A stretch of DNA of 32,000 nucleotides, from the NCBI RefSeq assembly GCF_000011805.1, contig NC_006840.2. One strand, given 5' to 3'. Below are positions 10,963 to 21,536 of the stretch, in pieces (the first letter of the stretch is position 1; each line of letters opens with the position of its first letter). The notes under the pieces were generated by a model. It saw only the letters and a list, made by a program, of their open reading frames with translations. It did no database searches and was not told where the DNA came from. The position numbers and the translations under genes are program-made. This DNA comes from Aliivibrio fischeri ES114 (lineage in GTDB: Bacteria > Pseudomonadota > Gammaproteobacteria > Enterobacterales > Vibrionaceae).

Positions 10963-12555
10963 ATGAATAACGCACGTCCGATCCGTCGCGCGCTGATTAG
11001 CGTATCTGATAAAACTGGTATTGTAGAATTTGCTCAAGCATTGGCTGAACGTGGTGTAGATATTTTATCTACCGGCGGTACGGCTCGTCTGCTTGCTGAA
11101 AAAGGCATCTCAGTAACTGAAGTATCTGATTACACTGGCTTCCCTGAAATGATGGATGGCCGCGTTAAAACTCTTCATCCTAAAGTTCATGGTGGTGTAC
11201 TTGGTCGTCGCGGTCAAGATGATGACATCATGGAGCAACACGGTATCAATCCTATTGATATGGTTGTTGTTAACCTCTACCCATTTGCAGAAACCGTAGC
11301 AAAAGAAGGCTGTACCCTTGCTGATGCCGTTGAGAACATCGACATCGGTGGCCCTACTATGGTTCGCTCTGCAGCGAAAAACCACAAAGACGTAACTATC
11401 GTTGTTAACGCTCACGATTACGACCGCGTTATCGCTGAAATGGACGCGAACGAGAAGTCTCTAACACTAGAAACTCGTTTCGACCTAGCTATCGCAGCAT
11501 TCGAACACACGGCTTCTTACGATGGCATGATCGCAAACTACTTCGGCACGATGGTTCCATCTTACGGTGAGAACAAGGAAGGTGATGAAGAGTCTAAATT
11601 CCCTCGTACGTTCAACCAACAGTTCGAGAAAAAACAAGACATGCGCTACGGTGAGAACAGCCATCAAGCTGCAGCATTCTACGTTGAAGCAAATCCTGAA
11701 GAAGCATCAGTATCTACTGCTCGTCAAATCCAAGGTAAAGCACTTTCTTACAACAACATCGCTGACACAGATGCAGCACTTGAGTGTGTGAAAGAGTTCG
11801 ACGAACCAGCATGTGTGATCGTTAAACACGCTAACCCATGTGGTGTAGCACTAGGTAAAGACATCCTAGAAGCTTACGACCGTGCATTCAAAACAGACCC
11901 AACGTCTGCATTTGGCGGCATCATCGCATTCAACCGCGAACTAGACGCAGCAACAGCGACAGCTATCACTGAGCGTCAATTCGTTGAAGTTATCATTGCC
12001 CCTTCAGTTTCTACTGAAGCAGTTGAAATCGTAGCAGCTAAGAAAAATCTTCGCCTACTTGAGTGTGGTGAGTGGACAACTAAGACGACTGGCTTTGACG
12101 TGAAACGCGTTAATGGCGGCTTATTAGTTCAAGACCGTGACCAAGGCATGGTGTCTGAAGATGACCTACAAGTTGTTTCTAAACGTCAACCAACAGCAGA
12201 AGAGCTAAAAGACGCATTGTTCTGCTGGAAAGTAGCGAAGTACGTTAAATCTAACGCTATCGTTTACTCCAAAGGCGACATGACTATCGGTGTGGGCGCT
12301 GGCCAAATGAGCCGTGTTTACTCTGCGAAAATCGCAGGCATCAAAGCTGCAGACGAAGGTCTACAGGTTGAAGGTTGTGTAATGGCATCTGACGCGTTCT
12401 TTCCATTCCGTGACGGTATCGATGCGGCTGCAGAAGCTGGCATCAAATGTGTTATCCAACCGGGCGGCTCAATGCGTGACAATGAAGTGATCGAAGCTGC
12501 TGATGAACACGGCATGGCGATGATCTTTACGGGTATGCGTCACTTCCGTCACTAA
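10963..12555 (+). CDS. purH: Bifunctional AICAR transformylase / IMP cyclohydrolase
   Basis: 530 aa; [56 protein letters not shown]. Confidence 0.98.
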   Translation: MNNARPIRRALISVSDKTGIVEFAQALAERGVDILSTGGTARLLAEKGISVTEVSDYTGFPEMMDGRVKTLHPKVHGGVLGRRGQDDDIMEQHGINPIDMVVVNLYPFAETVAKEGCTLADAVENIDIGGPTMVRSAAKNHKDVTIVVNAHDYDRVIAEMDANEKSLTLETRFDLAIAAFEHTASYDGMIANYFGTMVPSYGENKEGDEESKFPRTFNQQFEKKQDMRYGENSHQAAAFYVEANPEEASVSTARQIQGKALSYNNIADTDAALECVKEFDEPACVIVKHANPCGVALGKDILEAYDRAFKTDPTSAFGGIIAFNRELDAATATAITERQFVEVIIAPSVSTEAVEIVAAKKNLRLLECGEWTTKTTGFDVKRVNGGLLVQDRDQGMVSEDDLQVVSKRQPTAEELKDALFCWKVAKYVKSNAIVYSKGDMTIGVGAGQMSRVYSAKIAGIKAADEGLQVEGCVMASDAFFPFRDGIDAAAEAGIKCVIQPGGSMRDNEVIEAADEHGMAMIFTGMRHFRH

Positions 12556-12598
12556 TTTTCTCTTCGTATTTGGCATTGTGGCGTCGTTAACTGCTTTC

Positions 12599-12641
12599 GC
12601 CCACCCCAGTCACATAGCGAGCTATGCTCCTGGGGATGGGC
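12599..12641. other. Strong structured palindrome in the purH-purD spacer
   Basis: GCCCA+CCCCAG / CTGGGG+A+TGGGC outer stem (one bulged A) enclosing a CATAG-CGAG-CTATG hairpin. Confidence 0.65.
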
Positions 12642-12744
12642 TCAATTGTTGCCTAGCCACACCACCAAGTACTTTGAGCAAAACTTATTTAATTTAGCTA
12701 ATTTGAAATACTCTTCGTTTTAGACATTTTCATTTTAGAGCAAA

Positions 12745-12826
12745 GCCATATTGATAAGGTCAAGGAGAGTTCGCGGAGTTTATAAGTATAAATGAGCAAG
12801 CTCGACATAGAGATTAGCAATATGGC
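12745..12826 (+). other. Candidate structured leader immediately upstream of purD
   Basis: Perfect 9-bp inverted repeat GCCATATTG (12745-12753) / CAATATGGC (12818-12826), enclosing GAGC-AA-GCTC (12794-12803). Confidence 0.4.
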
Positions 12827-12848
12827 GCAGCTATCAAAGGATAAATAA

Positions 12849-14141
12849 ATGAATGTATTAATTATTGGTGCTGGCGGTCGTGAGCACGCACTAGGTTGGA
12901 AAGCAGCACAAAACCCAAATGTTGAAACAGTATTCATCGCTCCAGGTAATGCAGGTACAGCGCTTGAACCAAAACTAGAAAACGTCGCTATTGATGTTGA
13001 AGATATCGCTGCCCTTGTTGCTTTTGCAAAAGAAAAAGCCATCGAGCTGACCATCGTTGGTCCTGAAGCACCATTAGTTATTGGCGTTGTTGATGCATTT
13101 CGTGAGGCTGATCTTCCTATCTTTGGACCAACTAAAGCAGCGGCTCAACTTGAAGGTTCTAAAGCCTTCACCAAAGATTTCTTAGCTCGCCATGACATCC
13201 CTACCGGTTCTTATGCAAACTTCACTGAGATTGAACCGGCATTAGCTTACGTTCGTGAACAAGGTGCACCTATCGTTGTTAAAGCTGACGGTCTTGCCGC
13301 AGGTAAAGGCGTTATCGTTGCGATGACTCTTGAAGAAGCAGAAGACGCAATCAAAGATATGCTGGCAGGCAATGCGTTTGGTGAAGCAGGTAGCCGTGTT
13401 GTTATCGAAGAATTCCTTGAAGGTGAAGAAGCCAGTTTCATTGTAATGGTGGATGGTGCAAGCGTACTTCCTATGGCAACAAGCCAAGATCACAAACGCG
13501 TTGGAGATAAAGATACAGGTCCAAATACAGGTGGTATGGGTGCATACTCTCCAGCTCCTGTGGTGACTCCTGAAATTCATAATCGTATCCTTGAAGAAGT
13601 TATCTACCCTACGGTTCGCGGCATGGATGCAGAAGGTGCACCTTATACCGGTTTCCTTTATGCAGGCCTTATGATCGATACTGAAGGTACACCAAAGGTA
13701 ATCGAATATAACTGTCGCTTTGGTGATCCAGAAACGCAACCTATCATGATGCGTATGGAATCAGACCTTGTTGAACTTTGTCTAATGGCTATCGACGAGA
13801 AACTGGACGAAGCAGAATCTAAGTGGGACCCACGTGCTTCTATTGGTGTTGTTCTTGCTGCTGGTGGCTATCCAGCGGATTATGCAAAAGGAGATGTTAT
13901 TTCGCTGCCTTCAGAAGAAACTGAAGGTCAAAAGATCTTCCATGCAGGCACCACAAATAACGATGCTGGTGATGTTGTGACAAACGGTGGTCGCGTACTT
14001 TGTGCTACCGCATTAGGTAATACCGTATCAGAAGCTCAAGAGCGTGCTTATGAGCTTGCTAAACAAGTAAGTTGGAATGGAATGTTCCATCGTAATGATA
14101 TTGGTTATCGTGCTATTGCTCGTGAATTAGAAACCAAATAG
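12849..14141 (+). CDS. purD: Phosphoribosylamine--glycine ligase
   Basis: 430 aa; MNVLIIGAGGREHALGWKAAQ, GDKDTGPNTGGMGAYSPAP, YNCRFGDPETQ. Confidence 0.98.
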   Translation: MNVLIIGAGGREHALGWKAAQNPNVETVFIAPGNAGTALEPKLENVAIDVEDIAALVAFAKEKAIELTIVGPEAPLVIGVVDAFREADLPIFGPTKAAAQLEGSKAFTKDFLARHDIPTGSYANFTEIEPALAYVREQGAPIVVKADGLAAGKGVIVAMTLEEAEDAIKDMLAGNAFGEAGSRVVIEEFLEGEEASFIVMVDGASVLPMATSQDHKRVGDKDTGPNTGGMGAYSPAPVVTPEIHNRILEEVIYPTVRGMDAEGAPYTGFLYAGLMIDTEGTPKVIEYNCRFGDPETQPIMMRMESDLVELCLMAIDEKLDEAESKWDPRASIGVVLAAGGYPADYAKGDVISLPSEETEGQKIFHAGTTNNDAGDVVTNGGRVLCATALGNTVSEAQERAYELAKQVSWNGMFHRNDIGYRAIARELETK

Positions 14142-14161
14142 CTTTACGGAAAATAAATAAT

Positions 14162-14187
14162 AAAGGCGCTGCAATAGCGCCTTTTTT
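14162..14187. terminator. Terminator between convergent purD and the DUF1481 gene
   Basis: AAAGGCGCT-GCAAT-AGCGCCTTT stem plus T tract on the + strand. Confidence 0.75.
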
Positions 14188-14205
14188 CGTTCGACTTGAT
14201 TAATC

Positions 14206-14910
14206 TTAATCTTCAATCAATTCCGGGCGCTCTACACATGAATAACTATCATCTGTTAATAGTAATAACTCAGACATCTTTAACTCATTTTTATCTCTAC
14301 GAGTTTCTTGCCCTAAAAATGAAATAAAACTATCTAAGCCAGATAATCTTGCCACCACGAAATTAGGTAGTATTTGGTTAAACTCTAATTGATCGTATTG
14401 TTTACCATCACAGGAATAAAAAGTCTCACCATCCCATTCGCCTTGGAATAATTTAATATCGTCTTTATTTAGAGCTTCAACCTTAGTGACCAAATATTTA
14501 GATTGATCTTGAAATTGTATTAATTGAGCAGGCATTAATGGCAAAATACGCCCATCTTTATCATAACGTTGATAAACAGCCTCACCATTACCGTTATAGC
14601 GAATATGCATAGAATAAGGGATTAACTCACTCTCAGAATCAAGCATTTCTCCTTCACGGACAGCTTCAACAAGAGTTTCTTTTTCCCAACGATATGTGGT
14701 TTTATACCAACCATAATCACCCATAGTGACATAATCAGATGCTACAATAGGTTGCTGTAAACGACGGGTATACCAATAATAGCTCGTTGCATCACCTTGG
14801 ATTTGACCACCGGTTAATGTAACAGATTTGATGCGTTGTTCATCAGACGGATTAGACGAACAGCCAAACAGAAAAGTAGATAGAAGTAAGGTAGATAGAA
14901 TGCGCTTCAT
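14206..14910 (-). CDS. DUF1481 (YjaH-like) lipoprotein
   Basis: MKRILSTLLLSTFLFGCSSNPS lipobox; position next to hupA matches E. coli yjaH. Confidence 0.75.
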   Translation of the reverse strand: MKRILSTLLLSTFLFGCSSNPSDEQRIKSVTLTGGQIQGDATSYYWYTRRLQQPIVASDYVTMGDYGWYKTTYRWEKETLVEAVREGEMLDSESELIPYSMHIRYNGNGEAVYQRYDKDGRILPLMPAQLIQFQDQSKYLVTKVEALNKDDIKLFQGEWDGETFYSCDGKQYDQLEFNQILPNFVVARLSGLDSFISFLGQETRRDKNELKMSELLLLTDDSYSCVERPELIED

Positions 14911-14949
14911 AAAAATGCCGAGTTAAGGATTAACTCGGCAAAGTATAGC

Positions 14950-15222
14950 TTAGTTTACTGATTCTTTCAGTGCTTTACCCGCAACAAATGCAGGAACTTT
15001 AGCCGCTTTGATTTGAATCTCTTCACCAGTCTTAGGGTTGCGACCAGTGCGCGCAGCGCGGTTGTTAACTTTAAAAGTACCAAAGCCAATAAGTTGAACT
15101 TGCTCGCCATCTTTAAGAGCGCCAGTTACGCCTTCTAGAGTCGCTTCAAGAGCTGCTTTTGCTTGTGCTTTTGATAGGTCTGCTTTTTCAGCAATAGCAT
15201 CAATTAACTGGGTTTTATTCAT
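14950..15222 (-). CDS. hupA: DNA-binding protein HU-alpha
   Basis: [71 protein letters not shown]... Confidence 0.97.
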   Translation of the reverse strand: MNKTQLIDAIAEKADLSKAQAKAALEATLEGVTGALKDGEQVQLIGFGTFKVNNRAARTGRNPKTGEEIQIKAAKVPAFVAGKALKESVN

Positions 15223-15413
15223 TAGGGTTTCCCTTCTATTTTTTTAAAATCCTAGTAACTCTAATGCATAAAGACCCCATCTGGCAAAGGTTTGTGCCCT
15301 TTCTTGCTGTAGAATGCGCGTTCTTTAGACATAAACTGAGTAACGTCTCACAATTTGTTACTATTTTTCATTAATGAGTCATTGTATTTTGGTTATTCCG
15401 TACCCATTTTATA

Positions 15414-16514
15414 GTGGCTTGCTTATTTTTTTTGAGATTAATAATGTTAATTTTATCCATCTATATAGCCATTTCTATTGGTGTTTCTTTCATTTGTTCG
15501 GTATTAGAAGCGATTCTTCTTAGTATCAGCCCAAGCTACCTTGCAAAATTACGACAAGAAAACCACCCCGCTGCACCTCGATTAACAGCATTAAAAGATA
15601 ATGTTGATCGTCCTTTATCATCAATTTTAACGCTAAATACGATAGCTCACACCGCTGGTGCTGCTGCATCTGGTGCTCAAGCATCAATTGTTTTTGGTAG
15701 TGAATGGTTAGGTGTTTTTTCAGCTTTCCTAACTTTTGCCATTTTATTGTTCTCTGAAATTGTTCCAAAGACAATCGGAGCAACTTACTGGCGTCAACTT
15801 GCTCCTATGGCAGCGACAATGCTTCATTGGATGGTGTTATTGCTAAGTCCAGTGGTTTGGATGTCAGAACAAATTACAAAACGACTTTCTCGTGGCCATC
15901 AAGCACCAAAATTGCGTGATGAAATTACAGCCATGGCGACATTGGCAAAAGAAAATGGTGAATTTGCAGAAGGTGAGTCAAAAATATTAAACAACATTCT
16001 TAATATTCAAGATGTGCCTGTTACCCAAGTAATGACACCAAGAACGGTATTATTTCGTGTTAACGCCGAAATGACGGTGGAACAATTCTTAGAAAACCAT
16101 TCAGATACACCGTTTTCACGTCCATTAGTTTACAGTGAAGATAGTGATAACATCATTGGCTTTACGCACCGCTTAGAACTTTTCTCAGCAATGCGTAAAG
16201 GGCAAGGTGAACGACCTCTTGGTGCGATGATGCGTCCAATTCAGGTTGTGATAAGTACTTCAACACTACCAAAAGCTTTTGAGCAACTAATGAAACACAG
16301 AGCACAACTAGCATTAGTTATTGACGAGTACGGTACCGTTCAAGGCTTATTAACACTAGAAGATATCTTTGAATACATGGTCGGCGAAGAAATTATCGAT
16401 GAAGCAGACAAAACAACCGATATGCAGCAACTTGCTCAACAACGTTGGACAAATTGGAAAAACAAGCATGGTGTAATCGATAATACCGATACTGAAGAAG
16501 AAGAGAAAGAATAA
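15414..16514 (+). CDS. CNNM (DUF21) transmembrane protein with CBS domains
   Basis: N-terminal hydrophobic segments, EIVPKTIGATYWRQLAP, CBS-like segments VMTPRTVLF and LALVIDEYGTVQGLLTLEDIFEYMVGEEI. Confidence 0.85.
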   Translation: MACLFFLRLIMLILSIYIAISIGVSFICSVLEAILLSISPSYLAKLRQENHPAAPRLTALKDNVDRPLSSILTLNTIAHTAGAAASGAQASIVFGSEWLGVFSAFLTFAILLFSEIVPKTIGATYWRQLAPMAATMLHWMVLLLSPVVWMSEQITKRLSRGHQAPKLRDEITAMATLAKENGEFAEGESKILNNILNIQDVPVTQVMTPRTVLFRVNAEMTVEQFLENHSDTPFSRPLVYSEDSDNIIGFTHRLELFSAMRKGQGERPLGAMMRPIQVVISTSTLPKAFEQLMKHRAQLALVIDEYGTVQGLLTLEDIFEYMVGEEIIDEADKTTDMQQLAQQRWTNWKNKHGVIDNTDTEEEEKE

Positions 16515-16548
16515 TAAAAGGTGTTAGCAAGCCCCTTTTAACAAACAA

Positions 16549-16579
16549 AAAAAACCGATGAGCAATCATCGGTTTTTTT
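16549..16579. terminator. Terminator between convergent CNNM and DUF416 genes
   Basis: AAAACCGATGA-GCAA-TCATCGGTTTT flanked by A and T tracts. Confidence 0.8.
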
Positions 16580-16593
16580 ATTAAACTAGAAAA

Positions 16594-17208
16594 TCAGTAC
16601 GTTAACTCTAAGCCAATATTACTGATATTCTCATCTCGTAATTCTTGTCGTAAATCTTTAATTAAATCGATATCACGCTCTTCAGCTTCGCGTAATGGGC
16701 GGAAAATAGCCCACTGAACATCCCACTCTTCACAAATCACATCGATCTCTTTTTGATTTTCATCTGTCACTTCTTCACCGGTTTGAGCTTCAACAAGTTG
16801 AGCAACCGTCATCACAGAAAGTTGACTGATCTTAAACATCGCCTCTTCTAACTCATCACGATCTAAAATACCATGTAAGAAAGTAGATAGTGCAACACAA
16901 GCATCAATTGCTGGGTAAGTAAGATAAATTGAATCATCATTAACTTCTGGGATCATCTCTTCCAGTTTTTCTAATTGACGTTCAAAATTAATCTTGGCAT
17001 TTTTTACGGTTAATAGCTCCCAAATACTATCAAGAATTACTCGATAGGTTTGTGGTTCAGCAAAACCTGTAGCCTCACAGTAATGTGCGTAGTTTGGATA
17101 CATACGTTCACACAAAGAAGCCATAAAAGTAATTTGTTGCCATGGTTCAAACTTTTCTAAACGAACTTGGATCGGGTTGCGTAACATAGACGATTCTGCA
17201 CTATTCAA
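16594..17208 (-). CDS. DUF416 (YjaG-like) family protein
   Basis: 204 aa; EKFEPWQQITFMASLCERMYPNYAHYCEATGF; located in the hupA-hemE neighbourhood as in E. coli yjaG. Confidence 0.75.
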   Translation of the reverse strand: MNSAESSMLRNPIQVRLEKFEPWQQITFMASLCERMYPNYAHYCEATGFAEPQTYRVILDSIWELLTVKNAKINFERQLEKLEEMIPEVNDDSIYLTYPAIDACVALSTFLHGILDRDELEEAMFKISQLSVMTVAQLVEAQTGEEVTDENQKEIDVICEEWDVQWAIFRPLREAEERDIDLIKDLRQELRDENISNIGLELTY

Positions 17209-17258
17209 AAAGGACGCTTTAAGTGTACTTGATAACCGCGAATGACAAAAGGAAGGTT

Positions 17259-18173
17259 ATGAATAAATTACTTATCATTTCAAAAGAAAAAGAGAAATAC
17301 CTCTCACTTTTAGAGCAAGCGGATCTCCCGGATCTTGAAATTTGTCACGATATTAGAAAAGCCGAGATCCTTCTTGCCGATCCACCACTGGTGATAGATC
17401 TCCTAGACCAATTCAAAAATCTAAAATGGTTACAGTCTACTTTTGCGGGTGTTGACTCTCTAATCCAACCTAATTTAAGAACCGATTACCATTTAACAAA
17501 TGTTCGTGGCATTTTCGGACAACCAATATCAGAGTATGTTTTGGGTTACTCCATTCAATACTTTCGTCATTTCAAACAATATGCTGAACAGCAGAAAAAG
17601 AAACAATGGCAGCCCCATACATACTCTTCATTAGTCAATAAGTGCATGGTTATTTTAGGAACAGGTTCAATAGGAAGTGAGTTAGCCGCAACCGTTAAGC
17701 AACTTGGCTTTATCGTTTATGGTATTAACCGCTCAGGGATCCCTCCTAAAGATTCTCCCTTTGATTGTATATTCCATATTTCAGAAATTGAAAATGCTTT
17801 TCAATATGCAGATGTGATTGTAAGTACATTACCAAAGACTGAATTAACTATGGACTTACTAAATAGTCAAACCTTAAAAAAATGCAATGGTGCATTGCTA
17901 TTTAATGTTGGACGAGGAGAAGTACTGGAAAATTACGGTTTACTAAACGCTCTTGAGTCTGGCTCTATTTCTCATGCATTTTTAGATGTGTTTGCTCATG
18001 AACCACTGTCTCAAGAATGTCCTTACTGGAATCACCCAAATATCACGATTACACCACACATTGCGGCACTCAGCTTTCCTGAGCAAGTGTTTGAGCAGTT
18101 CTATGACAACTACTTACGTTGGCGAGATGGGTTCTCTTTAATTAACTCTATAGATTTTACTAAGGGCTATTAG
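17259..18173 (+). CDS. D-2-hydroxyacid dehydrogenase family protein
   Basis: MNKLLIISKEKEK start after GGAAGG; NAD-binding VILGTGSIGSELAATVKQLGF; NVGRGEVLE; NITITPHIAALSFP. Confidence 0.85.
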   Translation: MNKLLIISKEKEKYLSLLEQADLPDLEICHDIRKAEILLADPPLVIDLLDQFKNLKWLQSTFAGVDSLIQPNLRTDYHLTNVRGIFGQPISEYVLGYSIQYFRHFKQYAEQQKKKQWQPHTYSSLVNKCMVILGTGSIGSELAATVKQLGFIVYGINRSGIPPKDSPFDCIFHISEIENAFQYADVIVSTLPKTELTMDLLNSQTLKKCNGALLFNVGRGEVLENYGLLNALESGSISHAFLDVFAHEPLSQECPYWNHPNITITPHIAALSFPEQVFEQFYDNYLRWRDGFSLINSIDFTKGY

Positions 18174-18218
18174 AATATTTAGCCTGTTGTTTCTCGTTTA
18201 ATTAACAGGCTAAGTATA

Positions 18219-18749
18219 TTAATCCTTAGGTGCAGCCGCTAATTTAGCTCGAATAAACTCTAAGTGATCAAGATAAATTAACTCTGATACTTGACGAATC
18301 ACCGCCTCTTCCATTGGCTCTATAACGCCATCAGCGTAAGCCACTTGCCACATTGCTTCTATTAAGTGATAACGCTCTTCGGGCATCAGTGATCTTAATT
18401 TAGTTGTAAACTCATACAAGGATGTGGACGCTTTACTTTTTTGCATCGCTTCTAATAACAATAATTTTGCTGACTCTTCGTTAAGGTCAAGAAGCTTCAT
18501 TAGTAACTGTAATTTTGCGGTATCTTCTCTCTCATCACTCTGATGATCCGCGTTTGATACTTCACACAAAAGTGAGGCCATTGCTAAGTGCATCGATGCG
18601 GTTTCACTTGCCCCACTTTCTGTCGCCTCATGAATCACTTTCTTCAATAATGTACGTAATTGTTTAAACATAACCGACTCTTGATTGCTCTTATCTTTAA
18701 TTATGACAATAAAATTATAGCTCTGTTCCAATAAAAAAGGAGACCTCAT
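18219..18749 (-). CDS. TerB-like family protein
   Basis: Two TerB-like helical segments: MASLLCEVSNADHQSDEREDTAKLQLLMKLL and AMWQVAYADGVIEPMEEAVIRQVSELIYL. Confidence 0.75.
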   Translation of the reverse strand: MRSPFLLEQSYNFIVIIKDKSNQESVMFKQLRTLLKKVIHEATESGASETASMHLAMASLLCEVSNADHQSDEREDTAKLQLLMKLLDLNEESAKLLLLEAMQKSKASTSLYEFTTKLRSLMPEERYHLIEAMWQVAYADGVIEPMEEAVIRQVSELIYLDHLEFIRAKLAAAPKD

Positions 18750-18763
18750 TGAGTCTCCTTTTT
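18733..18763. terminator. Stem-loop at the 3' end of hemE
   Basis: AAAAAGGAGAC...GTCTCCTTTTT inverted repeat with flanking A/T tracts. Confidence 0.65.
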
Positions 18764-18786
18764 ATCTAGAATCTTAATTTAAGATT

Positions 18787-19854
18787 TTATTTATGATACG
18801 GCTTAGATAAGTCATGAACAGCATCAACAAACACACCCGCGTTTTCAGGTGGAACGTCTAGGTGAATACCATGACCTAGATTGAATACATGTCCTGTACC
18901 AGCATCACCAAAACCTTCAAGGATGGTTCCAACTTCTTGGCGAATACGCTCAGGTTGTGCATACAATATTGATGGATCCATGTTTCCTTGTAGAGCGACT
19001 TTATCTCCAATACGAGCTTTCGCATCGGCAATATTAATAGTCCAATCAAGACCAACTGCATCACAACCAGTTGCTGCAATTGATTCTAACCACATGCCAC
19101 CATTTTTGGTAAATAGAGTCACTGGTACACGGCGACCTTCGTTTTCACGGATCAAGCCATCAACAATTTTGTGCATGTAACGTAATGAGAACTCGTTATA
19201 GTCACGAGGGGTTAATACACCACCCCATGTATCAAATACCATTACAGATTGAGCACCGGCTTTAATCTGCGCATTTAAGTACTCAATAACACTGTCAGCT
19301 AATTTATCTAATAGTAAATGAAGCGTTGCAGGTTCTGCATACATCATTTTTTTGATTTTAGTGAATGCTTTTGAACTTCCACCTTCAACCATATAAGTTG
19401 CTAATGTCCACGGACTACCAGAGAAACCAATTAGTGGAACTTCGCCTTTTAGATCTTTACGGATCTGACGTACTGCATTCATCACATACTGCAGTTCACC
19501 TTCAGGATCAGGAAGACCGATCTTATCAACATCCGCTTTACAAGTAATTGGACGTTCAAACTTAGGACCTTCACCTGTTTCAAAGTACAGACCAAGACCC
19601 ATAGCATCTGGGATAGTTAAAATGTCAGAGAATAAAATAGCAGCATCTAGAGGAAAACGGCGTAAAGGCTGAAGAGTCACTTCTGATGCTAACTCTGCAT
19701 TTTTACACAAAGACATAAAGTCACCGGCTTCTGCACGCGTAGCTTTGTATTCTGGAAGGTAACGACCTGCTTGGCGCATCATCCAAACTGGTGTGTAATC
19801 TACTGGTTGTTTTAATAATGCACGTAAATAACGGTCATTTTTTAGTTCTGTCAT
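18787..19854 (-). CDS. hemE: Uroporphyrinogen decarboxylase
   Basis: 355 aa; [72 protein letters not shown]. Confidence 0.98.
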   Translation of the reverse strand: MTELKNDRYLRALLKQPVDYTPVWMMRQAGRYLPEYKATRAEAGDFMSLCKNAELASEVTLQPLRRFPLDAAILFSDILTIPDAMGLGLYFETGEGPKFERPITCKADVDKIGLPDPEGELQYVMNAVRQIRKDLKGEVPLIGFSGSPWTLATYMVEGGSSKAFTKIKKMMYAEPATLHLLLDKLADSVIEYLNAQIKAGAQSVMVFDTWGGVLTPRDYNEFSLRYMHKIVDGLIRENEGRRVPVTLFTKNGGMWLESIAATGCDAVGLDWTINIADAKARIGDKVALQGNMDPSILYAQPERIRQEVGTILEGFGDAGTGHVFNLGHGIHLDVPPENAGVFVDAVHDLSKPYHK

Positions 19855-20095
19855 GATCTTCCCTCATATTTGATTCCGCTATTGTAGCACTCAATTCACT
19901 GAACAAAAGCCTACCTTTGCTATCGAGATCATATTTAACCAATCTTGTGATTAATGATAATTGCGCAATAGATAACCACGTGTTAAAAATTATCTTGCTA
20001 GTGAAAATAACAACATCCAATTAACAATTGTTAAAATTGGAAATCATAACAACACCTTACTTACACCCATTCATCTGTTTGGGTGTTTTTTTCTT

Positions 20096-20854
20096 TTAAA
20101 TTTCATTCAATGTTGCTTCAATTAACGCTCTTGCTATTGTCCCTTTTGGCGCTAATTCCGGTAGTACATTTTTATCATACCAACCCGCTTTAATGAGCTC
20201 ATTTTTATCTACTTTTATCTCACCAGACTCATAGTCCGCCATATATCCCATCATTAAGCTTGATGGAAAAGCCCAAGGCTGACTGCCAACATAACGAATA
20301 TTTTTTATTTTTATGCCCGTTTCCTCAAGCACCTCACGAGAAACAGCCATCTCCAAAGTTTCACCAACCTCAACAAACCCAGCTAAGACAGTAAACAAAC
20401 CACCTTTATGCCTTTGATGTTGAGCAAGTAGTACCTTATCATCACGGCGAACGGCAACAATAATTGAAGGGAATATTCTAGGATAATGGAGTTTGCGACA
20501 ATCATTACATTGCATCGCAATTTGATTATGGTTGAGCTGAGTTCGGCCACCACATTGCGGGCAAAAACGAAACTCTCTTGCCATAAATCCATACTGAATG
20601 GCTTTACTAAATAATAAAAAATCAGTTTGTGGATATTCTAATAATTCTCGGAGATTTGTATAAATAAGTTCCTGATTTACCAACTCATCATTTAACCACA
20701 TAACTGGTTTTTCATTATGATAACCAATACATATAGCCTGCTCGAAAGGTAAGTTAAACTCTATTGCACTACCATTTGGAAGCGCTTTGTCTTTTAGCCA
20801 AATGTTTGAATCATTTACTACGCACCAATATGCTTTTGTATGTTGGTTTAACAT
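20096..20854 (-). CDS. nudC: NADH pyrophosphatase / RNA decapping Nudix hydrolase NudC (likely start [10 protein letters not shown] at 20854)
   Basis: Zn site CPQCGGRT...CNDC, Nudix box [37 protein letters not shown]. Confidence 0.95.
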   Translation of the reverse strand: MLNQHTKAYWCVVNDSNIWLKDKALPNGSAIEFNLPFEQAICIGYHNEKPVMWLNDELVNQELIYTNLRELLEYPQTDFLLFSKAIQYGFMAREFRFCPQCGGRTQLNHNQIAMQCNDCRKLHYPRIFPSIIVAVRRDDKVLLAQHQRHKGGLFTVLAGFVEVGETLEMAVSREVLEETGIKIKNIRYVGSQPWAFPSSLMMGYMADYESGEIKVDKNELIKAGWYDKNVLPELAPKGTIARALIEATLNEI

Positions 20855-21013
20855 CTTTATCACAACCCTCTTGCAGCCATCAATGTTTACTGGCAATCTT
20901 AAAGAATAGTAATGAGTATATACCCAAACAATTTTCACTGAAACCACACTCAGATTCACTCGGGTATAGATATAGAACTTTGGAATATTGCTTGCAACTA
21001 CAAGGATATCGTT

Positions 21014-21496
21014 ATGCTTACTAGACTAAATCAATTCCAAGCACAATGGGGTGGCAATAGCGACGTTATTGATCACTGGCTATCTACTCGACAGGATTTA
21101 TTAGTTGAGTATTGCAAGTTAGCTGGTTTGCCTCCATTTGACTCATCAGTTTCCACTCTTCCTGATTTTGCGTCAATTCAATCATTTACACAGCATTTAA
21201 TTGATTATATTTCAGAAGGCCATTTCAAAATTTACAACATGGTAATGGAGAAATGGGATGCGACAGGCTTTTCTCCTACTGAAGAAATGAGCCAATTGTA
21301 TGCCCATATAACAAAAACAACTGACCCGATCCTTAACTTCACAGATAAGTACTCAAAAGATGATGAGGAATTATTATTAAGTGATTTCGACAATGATTTT
21401 TCAACACTAGGAGAGATTATTGAAGCAAGATTTGAGTTAGAGGATGGATTAATTGAACAAATATCCAGCAGTTTAGCACACCCTCCTGGAGCTTAA
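21014..21496 (+). CDS. rsd: Anti-sigma-70 regulator of sigma D, Rsd/AlgQ family
   Basis: [38 protein letters not shown]...[23 protein letters not shown]; divergent from nudC. Confidence 0.9.
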   Translation: MLTRLNQFQAQWGGNSDVIDHWLSTRQDLLVEYCKLAGLPPFDSSVSTLPDFASIQSFTQHLIDYISEGHFKIYNMVMEKWDATGFSPTEEMSQLYAHITKTTDPILNFTDKYSKDDEELLLSDFDNDFSTLGEIIEARFELEDGLIEQISSSLAHPPGA

Positions 21497-21500
21497 TGAT

Positions 21501-21533
21501 TAAATAGAGTGTTTGACCCAAACACTCTATTTA
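21501..21533. terminator. Bidirectional terminator between convergent rsd and csgG
   Basis: Perfect 14-bp stem TAAATAGAGTGTTT-GACCC-AAACACTCTATTTA. Confidence 0.85.
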
Positions 21534-21536
21534 ATT

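Noticed and set aside
12698-13054. Minus-strand 118-aa ORF over the purD start
   Set aside because: Antisense to strongly supported purD coding sequence; low-complexity Ser-rich translation typical of antisense frames.
13242-13739. Minus-strand 165-aa ORF within purD
   Set aside because: Wholly antisense to purD; Cys/Phe/His-rich translation typical of an antisense frame, not a gene.
20064-20093. Stem ACACCCA...TGGGTGT followed by T tract between hemE and nudC
   Set aside because: The T tract lies on the + strand while both flanking genes are on the minus strand, so it is not a convincing terminator for either; left unassigned.
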